Positions 26,701 to 37,118 of a stretch of 64,000 nt of DNA are shown here, piece after piece (positions within the stretch are counted from its first letter, which is position 1; each line of letters starts with the position of its first letter). The stretch is from Mytilus californianus. Lineage: Eukaryota. The stretch covers positions 141,484,001-141,548,000 of the forward strand of contig NW_026262581.1 in NCBI RefSeq assembly GCF_021869535.1, given 5' to 3'. Under the pieces are notes generated by a model that did not search any database, was not told the origin of the DNA, and was given only the letters and a program-made list of their open reading frames with translations. A program made the position numbers and the translations under genes.

Positions 26701-29617
26701 ACGTTGGTCGGCTACTCTTTGTAGTTCTATAGGGTTGTAATACCGTTGGTCGGCTTCTCTTTGAAGTTCTATAGGGTTGTAATAACGTTGGTCGACTTCT
26801 GTTTGTAGTTCTGTAGGGTTGTTATAACGTTGGTCGGCTACTCTTTGTAGTTCTATAGGGTTGTGATAACGTTGGTCAGCTTCTCTTTGTAGTTTTATAG
26901 GGTTGTAATAACGTTGGTCAGCTTCTCTTTGTAGTTCTATAGGGTTGTGATAACGTTGGTCAGCTTCTCTTTGTAGTTTTATAGGGTTGTAATAACGTTG
27001 GTCAGCTTCTCTTTGTAGTTTTATAGGGTTGTAATAACGTTAGTCGGCTTCTCTTTGTAGTTCTATAGAGTAGTTATAACGTTGGTCAGCTTCTCTTTGT
27101 AGTTCTATAGGGTTGTTATAACGTTGGTCGGCTTCTCTTTGTAGTTCTATAAGGTTGTAATAAAGTTGGTCGGCTTCTCTTTGTAGTTCTATAGAGTTGT
27201 AATAACGTTAGTCGGCTTCTCTTCGTTGTTCTATAGGGTTGTAATAACAGTTAAGGGTCGTCTTCTTTTGTATTTCTATAGGGTTGTAATAACGTTGGTC
27301 GGCTTCTCTTTGTAGTTCTTTAGGGTTGTAATACCGTTGGTGGGCTTCTCTTTGTAGTTCTATAGGGTTGTAATACCGTTGGTCGGCTTCTCTTTGAAGT
27401 TCTATAGGGTTGTTATAACGTTGGTCAGCTTCTTTTTGTAGTTCTATAGGGTTGTAATAACGTTGATCGGCTTCTCTTTGAAGTTCTATAGGGTTGTAAT
27501 ACCGTTGGTCACCTTCTCTTTGTAGTTCTATAGGGTTGAAATACCGTTGGTCAGCTTCTCTTTGTAGTTCTTTAGGGTTGGAATACCGTTGGTCAGCTTC
27601 ACTTTGTAGTTCAATAGGGTTGTAATAACGTTGGTCAGCTTCTCTTTGTAGTCTTATCGGGTTGTAAAAACGTTGGTCGGCTTGTCTTTGTAGTTCTATA
27701 GGTTTGTAATTACGTTGGTCGGCTTCTCTTTGTAGTTCTATAGGGTTGTAATAACAGTTAAGGGTCGGCTTCTTTTTGTATTTCTATAGGGTTGTAATAA
27801 CGTTGGTCGGCTTTTCTTTGTAGTTCTATAGGGTTGTAATAACGTTGGTTGGCTTCTCTTTGTAGTTCTATAGGGTTGTAATAACGTTTGTCGGCTTCTC
27901 TTTGTAGTTCTATAGGGTTGTAATAACGTTGGTCGGCTTCTCTTTGTACTTCTATAGGGTTGTAATAACGTTGGTCAGCTTCTCTTTATAGTTCTATAGG
28001 GTTGTAATAACGTTTGTCGGCTTCTCTTTGTAGTTCAATAGGTTTGTAATAACGTTGGTCGGCTTCTCTTTGTAGTTCTATAGGGTTGTTATAACAATTA
28101 AGGGTCGTCTTCTCTTTGTTTTTCTATAGGGTTGTAATAATGTTGGTCGACTTCTGTTTGTAGTTCTGTAGGGTTGTTATAACGTTGGTCGGCTACTCTT
28201 TGTAGTTCTATAGGGTTGTAATACCGTTGGTCGGCTTCTCTTTGAAGTTCTATAGGGTTGTAATAACGTTGGTCGACTTCTGTTTGTAGTTCTGTAGGGT
28301 TGTTATAACGTTGGTCGGCTACTCTTTGTAGTTCTATAGGGTTGTGATAACGTTGGTCAGCTTCTCTTTGTAGTTTTATAGGGTTGTAATAACGTTGGTC
28401 AGCTTCTCTTTGTAGTTCTATAGGGTTGTGATAACGTTGGTCAGCTTCTCTTTGTAGTTTTATAGGGTTGTAATAACGTTGGTCAGCTTCTCTTTGTAGT
28501 TTTATAGGGTTGTAATAACGTTAGTCGGCTTCTCTTTGTAGTTCTATAGAGTAGTTATAACGTTGGTCAGCTTCTCTTTGTAGTTCTATAGGGTTGTTAT
28601 AACGTTGGTCGGCTTCTCTTTGTAGTTCTATAAGGTTGTAATAACGTTGGTCGGCTTCTCTTTGTAGTTCTATAGAGTTGTAATAACGTTAGTCGGCTTC
28701 TCTTCGTTGTTCTATAGGGTTGTAATAACGATGGTCGGCTTCTCTTTGAAGTTTTATAAGGTTGTCATAACGTTGGTCGGCTTCTCTTTGAAGTTCTATA
28801 GGGTTGTAATAACGTTGGTCGACTTCTCTTTGTAGTTCTGTAGTGTTGTTATAACGTTGGTCAGCTTCTGTTTGTAGTTCTATAGGGTTGTAAAAACGTT
28901 GGTCGACTTCTGTTTGTAGTTCTGTAGGGTTGTTATAACGTTGGTCAGCTTCTCTTTGTAGTTCTATAGGGTTGGAATACCGTTGTTCAGCTTCTCTTTG
29001 TAGTTCAATAGGGTTGTAATAACGTTGGTCAGCTTCTCTTTGTAGTTCTATAGGGTTGTAATAACGTTGCTCGGCTTCTCTTTGTAGTTCTATAGGGTTG
29101 TAATAACGTTGGTCAGCTTCTCTTTGTAGTTCTATAGGGTTGTAATAACGTTGCTCGGCTTCCCTTTGTAGTTCTATAGGGTTGTAATAACGTTGGTCGG
29201 CTTCTCTTTGTAGTTCTATAGGGTTGTAATAACGTTGGTCGGCTTCTCTTTGTTGTTCTATAGGGTTGTAATAACGTTGGTCAGCTCCTGTTTGTAGTTC
29301 TATAGTGTTGTAATAACGTTGGTCAGCTTATCTTTGTAGTTCTATAGGGCTAATAACGTTGGTTGGCTTCTCTTTGTAGTTCTATAGGGTTAATAACGTT
29401 GGTCGGCTTCTCTTTGTAGTTCTATAGGGTTGTAATAACGTAGGTCGGCTTCTCTTTGTAGTTCTATAGGGTTAATAACGTTGGTCAGCTTCTCTTTGTA
29501 GTTCTATAGGGTTGTAATAACAATTTAGGGTCGGCTTCTGTTTGTAGTTCTATAGGGTTGAAATAACGTTGGTCGGCTTCTCTTTGAAGTTCTATAGAGT
29601 TGTGATAACGTTGGTCG
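23794..29617. repeat. 42-bp satellite array, ~139 copies, in GPCR intron 2
   Basis: Unit ttctctttgtagttctatagggttgtaataacgttggtcggc; gggttg at 23823 and 23865 gives period 42. Confidence 0.98.
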
Positions 29618-30068
29618 TACACACGTTTTTAGTATCACACAAATTGCTTTTGTCAACACTATTTCATTCGAATAAATCTACAAAAAGAAGCATACAATTC
29701 CTAAATCAAAGTTAGCGTTGTTCTATAATTTCAAAATATGTTGTCATCCTATTACAATTAATAGGATCTTGTAGTGTATGATAATACGTGTAATAAACTT
29801 CAGATGACCTCTATGTTGGCATCAGATAATATTAAAGAGTATTAAGCTGGTTAATTATCGATATCATCTATCTTCGTACAATGCCTTATTTATTACCAAA
29901 CACGTAAAACGATCCTATTTATTTGAGCACTGTCTATTTAGAACAGAGAAAAACTCGTGTTCTATAATTAAATAAAAGTTAAAAAGAGAATTATATGTGT
30001 GTTAGTGTTTATAATTGTATTCTGTGTATCTATCATTTATTAATTTCAATGTTGTATGTTAAGTTTTA

Positions 30069-30269
30069 GGCGCTGGCTACGATTACGTTGAAATGTAACA
30101 ATAATAAAAAAAAAGTTATTGTTATATTGGACACTAATTGCCGGAATGCTAGGTTGGGTAAGGAACCAATTGATTACGAACGTAACAATAATATTTGCGT
30201 CTACTGTTACGTTTCGTTATTGTTGCGTTAGATTTATTAAACTACTATAGTTTTGTGCTTAATTCTTCG

Positions 30270-30324
<55 letters not shown>

Positions 30325-31527
30325 CAAATAATGTTTAAATAGTTAATATAGTTTTTAAGTAATTTCTTAATATATCCAAAAGTAAAAGATTGAGGTTATA
30401 TTTAATTTTAAAACCTTTTTTTTTTGCATTGCTTTGATTTAGTGTAATCTTTTAGTAATTTGAAGTTATATTTAAAATATTCTCATAATAACATTAACGG
30501 TTTCAATTTTACTGCACCAGCAGACTTCAACTTATGCTGATTTTTTTGTTTGTTTCAAAGTTCAAGTTTTTATTAGTCAGTTTCAATCACAAATCCGTTC
30601 AAGCTCATAAATGTGCTTCGGGGCAGTTGTAACTCATTTATAGAAACTCTTTGTTTTGAACTGTAAATATTCATAAATAATAGGATAATACCATTTAAAT
30701 TAAAACACATCAAATCTCTTTGTTTTGAACTGTGAATATGCATAAACAATCGGATCCTACAATTTCATTGGTCGAAAGCACTTTGCTATATTCTAAGTAT
30801 TGAACTGAAAACCTACCCTTATTACTGTCGTTATAATTTGAACAATGGATGAAGTGATTTCTATTACCAAATTTGTTTTGGGTGACAAATTAAAAACTTT
30901 AGATGCGTTTGAATCAAAACTAAAACAATATCAAGAATCAAATTGTATGTAGTTATACAAATGCAGTTTTCGAAAAAATTGACACATCAAAGGCAAAGTT
31001 TTAAAGCAGTGAACTAAAATACTGCGATCTTCTGTAGTATCTGTATGCTTGTATCCATGGAGGACGTAATTTCGTTTCAAAAACAGATGGAGTACGTTCA
31101 GATTGATTGGAACTTTTTTGTCTGCAAAACCGACGTGCACATTGCTGAATCACTCGTTTGTGATGGGTACCTAGAGTGGTTTCACCAAATATGCGTCGGA
31201 CTAAAACATGCTCCCAAAGGCACATACTGGATATGTAGAAGCTGCTATCAGTGTAAATAAGATGAAACAAAAATGTATGCAATATTGTAGCAGTGCAGTG
31301 TTTACGAATAAAAAGTGTTAAAGTTGTATTTTGATACATATTACTAGTTCCATCATACATTGAAGCGCATTAACGTAACAACAACACAACGTAACCGTAT
31401 ACACAAATATTATTGTTACGTTCGTAAATAATCGGTTCCTAACCCAACCTTGCATTCCGGTAATTAGTGTCCAATGTAACAATTTTTTTTATTATTGTTA
31501 CATTTCAACGTAATCGTAGCCAGTGCC
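30069..31527 (+). mobile_element. Non-autonomous Mutator (MULE) deletion derivative, 1459 bp
   Basis: ~165-bp TIRs starting GGC(G/A)CTGGCTACGATTACGTTGAAATG; 9-bp TSD taagtttta / ttagtttta (8/9). Interrupted coding remnants FVLGDKLKTLDAFESKLKQYQ...ELKYCDLL*YLYACIHGGRNFVSK (N-terminal region I recognise from animal MULE/ZSWIM3-type proteins) run into a decayed PHD finger. Internal (AAT)n at ~30272-30318. Confidence 0.85.
31100..31260 (+). pseudogene. Degenerate PHD finger within the MULE element
   Basis: FFVCKTD...LVCDGYLEWFHQICVGLKHAPKGTYWICRSC fits the C4HC3 spacing with two Cys positions replaced (ttt for tgt, tac for tgc). Confidence 0.75.
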
Positions 31528-32212
31528 TTAGTTTTATTGGTGAGCGTCATGCCAACCAAACATGTTTATTCATGTTTAAAAAGTAAAATAACAAAAATAC
31601 CGAAATCAAGGAAAATTCAAAACGGAAAGTCCCTTATCAAATGGCAAAATCAATAGCTCAAACACATCAATATAAACTATTTTCATGACGTCATGAGTAT
31701 ATGAATTACTACACAGGAAAAAGTTTCTGTAATCATAATTTTAATCTTGATATACTATTTTAGTATTTCTTATTTGAAATAACAAGGAAACGAATTTTTT
31801 TAATGGAGATGTGTAAGTTCGGCCTTTCAAGTACTCAACAACTTAGCCTTCGGAGAAGAGGCGGGATCACCTACTATGTGTTCGAAGCTGTGGTCTTATT
31901 TCAGAGAGAACTATATACCAGTAGAACAACGGACAAAGATATAAACAAATACATATCATTGTACGGCTTTCAACAATGAGAAAGTTATAATAAGCACATC
32001 ATGACAACATGTAAAACGTAACAACAGCGAAAACTAACGGTCCAATTTAAGCTAATATTTAACGAAAATTAAAAATTACAGACGACAAATGGGCTTATGC
32101 TGTTACTGAAGGCTTGTTCTAAGTCAATGTTCAACTACTAAATAAACCTTGGTTCTCACAGTTTTCATAAGTTGAACATACAAAAATTAATGTTTTTTTC
32201 TTTTTGTTTCAG

Positions 32213-33408
32213 GAGTAACCGTTGCTGCCAGTATTTTTACGATATCAACATTAAGTGTAGATAGATTCTTAGCTATCCGTCATCCAATGATATTCCGTCG
32301 AGTGAGTAACACAAGAGCCGCTACCAGAATTATTATAGTCATTTGGATAGTTTCAATTGTGATCATGGCGCCACTTCTTATTGTTAAGAAAGTGAACACT
32401 TTACATCTATTTGAAGAACCAATACATTTCTGTCATGAGATATGGCCACATATCACACATCGACAAGCTTATGATATCTGTTTATTTTTGTTTGTATACA
32501 TTATACCAGGTATTGTAATTTTTATTGCATATAGTCTTATAGGTAATAAATTGTGGACCGAGGACAAAAATCTACAGAGGACCGAGTCGGAGACAAGTAA
32601 AGGTATTGGGAAACATGTAATGTCCGGGCGGAAGCGAGTAGCTAAGATGTTGATAGCTTTAGCAGTATTATTTGCCGTATGTTGGTTGCCTTATTATATT
32701 GTAAGTTTGTACTTAGATTTCACAACAGAAGGTGCCAAGAACTTTTTGCTCGTTTTGCCGTTCACTATATTGTTGGGGCATTCTAACAGTGCTTTCAATC
32801 CTATATTATATTTCTATTCCAGTAAAAATTTCAGAAAGTACCTGTACAGAGCTTTGAAATGTAAGTCAAAGAGAACTAAACGTTCGCTTGCCGTTCGATA
32901 TACACCTGCTCAGAACAATAAACACCAAGATGCAAATGTCAAACCTCGCATACGAATTTCAAGTACCGGAAGTTTTAAGTCTTCGGGTACTGGAAGTTTT
33001 AGATTTTCCAGGTCATCAAATACAAGTCTCAAATCTTCAAACTTGTCAAGTCGATCACGTGACAGTAGAAGTGACAAAAAACGTGAATCGGATAAAGATA
33101 CATTAATGATCGAAAGAAAAAGTTATACTCTGCCTCTTGTTATCATGCATGGAAATGGCGGGAAACGATTACTTAAAGCTCATAAAAAAGAAATTCTTGA
33201 TACATCATTAAGTATTCCCTCCACAATCAATGAAGAAAGCAGCCGACTAGGATCAATTAGTCCTGTCAATGCTGTAACTACTTTTAAAGCAGATGTAATG
33301 CCAGAGATAGAGGAAGCACCTGAAGACATACAGTTGTATCTCAGTGTGTCTAAAACAGAACTGTCACTCAAATTCATCGACAGCGAAGAAGAAATAGACG
33401 ACGTATGA
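32213..33408 (+). CDS. GPCR exon 3 (TM3-TM7 and long C-tail); orexin/SIFamide/QRFP-like neuropeptide receptor group
   Basis: Acceptor tttttctttttgtttcag|ga; (G)VTVAASIFTISTLSVDRFLAIRHPM (DRY-type DRF), ECL2 CHEIW, TM6 CWLP, TM7 NPILY, stop TGA at 33406-33408; AATAAA at 33514. The subfamily call is from motif resemblance only. Confidence 0.95.
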
Positions 33409-36351
33409 ATTCCATTGAAATTTACTATTAAATTATATTTTGTAGAAGTTGTTTTTTATACACCGTTTATAGCTAGACATTACTCAGTACATCTTATTAA
33501 AACAACAAAAAAAAATAAAAACTGACTTGATAATCACATAATCTATGCGCACACAGATATGCATGATTGTTTACTGATATATATTTCTCATAACAAAACA
33601 TGTTGTATCACAAATATGTCAAATTCTTTGAAAAAAAATTTCATGAAATATCATTGATAATATTAATATATATGCAGATGTGAAGAATGCTAGTGTACAC
33701 TCGATAACGTCAGCGTATCTACGCAAAAAAGTTAAATTAAAAGCAGTTGTAACTCAGAAGATCGATTGACCAATCAAAACAGTTGAAGAAATTGACCCAT
33801 AACATTACTACGGATTCTCCCAAGGTCATCCTGGTAGTATTATATATATGTGTGTCCCGTGACGTCATGCCACTCAAATCCGTGGCCTTTTGTCCTGTCT
33901 CAAATTTGTGTACTTTTGTCAGATCTATGTCCTGTGACGTACGTCATTACACTTAAATCTGTGGTATTTTGCTGAGCATCAAATCTGTATCCTTTCCTCA
34001 GATCTGTGTCTTGTGACGTCATATACTCAAATATGTTTCTTTTTCTCAGATATGTGTTCTGTGATGCTATGACAATGAACTTCACAGTCATATCCAAGAG
34101 AAAACCCCAGTTACCACACAGCAACATACTGACAGCCTCTCCTATAGTCATGCAGGTCACACATCGTAATCTATTTCTTATAAGCATTTAAACATAATAT
34201 ACTAAAATCAAAACTAGTTATGCTATCGTTTAATCCAATATGTTCTTTTTTCACTTTCTACTGAGTGTTTTCCCTGTAAGTTCTGATGAACATGCGTTTT
34301 CGATTACAATATCCGGATTTTCAAGAACTGATTAAAAACATAGTTATTGTAACGAAATGTGGGTCCCCTGAAATGGAACTTGTTTCCCCTAAAATTGTGT
34401 GATGACGTTGTTTAAATCTTACCGATAATTGACTTTTCTTATTAAATATTTCTTGTATAACTATGTTTACACATTGTTAACTCTAAAACTTTTTATTATT
34501 CTTGCCTATGTTTTTACATTCGGAAAACTTCTGAATTGTTTATTTCAATTGACGTACAATGACGTCAGTTCCGGTTTTGGTAATTTAGGTATTTTCCGAA
34601 ATGGTAAATGGTAAACCAAAATGGTAAATGGTAAACCAAATCGGTAAATTGGTTTACCTAAGTATAAATACGACGGAGAATACAGATAAGTCTTCAGCAC
34701 AATTTTACCCTGGGCAAGTAACACACGTTAAGTCCAAGCGATTTTGATATACGTACAGATACCATGTACCAGACCAAGTAGTAACCAGACAGTCAACACT
34801 ATTACAATGTCCGAGGAGACGACGTCCGTATAATGTGGGTTTGTTAATTCCTTTCCAAGTTGCATTTAGAGAATAACTTCTCGAGAGAAACTTTATCTTT
34901 TGGCATTGAACTTGATTTACCATTTGCCGATTACCAAACTACAATTAGAAAACTTTCTGGGTAAATTGTTCCGCTATCCATTTTTCTTTAATTCACGATA
35001 TTCCGGCTAAGGTTAATAAAGTATTTATTTGTTTGACTAGAATACTGTTAATTTATTTAATATTTATATGTATTGTTGATATTCAATGCATCTTAAAGTT
35101 AATACAAGTTTATTTTTATTTAACGAGTCTGTTATTCTTACAAACATCGAGAGAATACGTTCTCATCTAAAATTTAAAATTCTCATTCACGGTCATTTGC
35201 CATAATTCGTACTCAAATAGGTCGAATTATTGCTCATAATACAAACGTATGCAAAAACGAGAAAAATAAAGGAAAACACGTTTTTCTTTTTATCAAACAC
35301 TTGAAAATCGAGAATCTGGCATATTGAACACCTGGTGAATGCTGAACTGAATTGAATAAATTAACCTCCATTTCTCAGGCCTGTATGCCAGCATACGAAC
35401 CTGGTGTATGCTAAAGTCTACATTTAATTTATACATTGCATTTCTCAGGTCTGTATGCCTGCATACGAACCTGGTGTATGCAGAACGGCCAATATTGAAT
35501 CAAATGTTGTATTTCGCAGGTCTGTATGCTAGCATACGCACCTGGGTGTTTCCAGAATCTTCAATGTAATGCATATGAATCAGTAGAGCATACAAACATG
35601 GTGTTGCCAAAATCCTTTACTTCAGTAGTTGTGTTTTAACACCGATTTCGATTTATTTGTTTTTAAACTACAAGTCTAAGACTGACCTCTATATTTTCTC
35701 CCGATCGGAAAACAGAAAAGCGTTAAATTGCAAGGCAAACCGGTTCTACGGCGTTTACTGTTGTAAATCTAAAAATGAAAACCGATTCTCAAGTTCCACG
35801 ACTATAATCACTTTATTGACATGCAAGTTATCCGTTTTGTTTTTTGCAAATTAAAATTACGGAAAAATGAGGCGATCATACATTTGTACAAGGTTCCAAG
35901 TTGTTGACAAACTTTTAAATGACGTCAGGGACCTTGTGACGTAAGGCGGAGGGAATTACAGACGGAGCACAATGAGGGCCTTGACTTACGCGAGTTACAT
36001 TTACCAGTACACTTAATTAAAATAATAGCAATTGATTACAAAACAAAATAGGTTTTTTTATACTTTGTATTGGTAATTGATAAAAAGTCAAAGAACAAGT
36101 GGGCTATTTATCTGCGTTGAATGACCACTAATAACCCCTTATGTCACGCGCTCCTATATGACGTCATTTCTAAATGTAAACAATGAGCATGATCAATGAA
36201 GGAGTTCCCGTCATGGAGAAGAAAATGGACAATTCATTGAAAAGTACGCTCTATTATCTAAATTTTAATATACCAGAAGCAAAACAGAATATTAGCACAT
36301 TACGGTAAGTAAACCTACCGTTATTGCATAAAAAAATCAAGAATCAAGAAG

Positions 36352-36382
<31 letters not shown>

Positions 36383-36516
36383 AGCCTTGCAAGATGTCAT
36401 AAGTATTTGGACTACCCCCATCCCCTTGAAAGCATTTACTCAGTGATTTAGAGAAAAAAGTGAATGGGAAATACGATTAGGTGTACATCCTCAGTGATGT
36501 CTCCTTGCATTAGTTA

Positions 36517-36653
36517 CAGAGTGCGGATTTAGGGGGTGCTTTGTGGGGGAAATTTGGTTGATTATTGAGGGAAGCAAGACTGGAGCGGTCCATCTCTAAG
36601 GCAGTCAGTGCCCACCCCTATCCCCCCTTATTAAACTTCTGGATCTGCTACTG
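36517..36653. mobile_element. 137-bp MITE with CAG termini and 5-bp TSD (hAT5-like)
   Basis: agtta|cagagtgcggattt ... ctggatctgctactg|agtta; related to the 22385 element ends. Confidence 0.6.
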
Positions 36654-36883
36654 AGTTAAGTCTCCCGGCTTTTTTTAAAATTGAAATTCAGCCCCTATCC
36701 AGATTTTCAAAATGCATGACCAATGCCCTTCAGTTAACCCATTCAGTTCTTATTCTAAAAAAATATTAGGGAAACAACTGTCCCAGGTAAGGACAAGGGA
36801 TGAGCGCTCATATGTTAAAAGCGGCCACACTAGTCTTTATGTGCCTGTCTGCTGTCAGGAGCCTGTAGTTGAAGTTGTCATTG

Positions 36884-37118
36884 GTTCATGTATGTCGTAT
36901 TTTTTTTTCGTAAATTGTTTTGCTATAAATTAGGTCGTTAGTTTTCTCAATTGCATTGTTTCTTATTTTTCATGTTGGGGCATTTTATCATCTGACTATA
37001 CGGTATTGGTTTTTCTCATTGTTGAAGTCTGTACGGCCTATACTTGCTTACATCCACTTCATTTGGACTTTGGTGGATAGTTGTCTCATATACAATCATC
37101 CCACATCTCCTTATATTT
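36884..37118. mobile_element. Dispersed repeat family A (ends ...gatagttgtctcat...cccacatctccttat); other degenerate copies near 1270-1500, 6130-6195, 31930-32045 (inverted), 39560-39628 and 56987-57950 (inverted)
   Basis: Shared words ccgttagttttctc, tgactat(a/g)cggta, ttgttgaag and gtctcatt...cacatct(c/t)ctt across copies. Confidence 0.65.
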
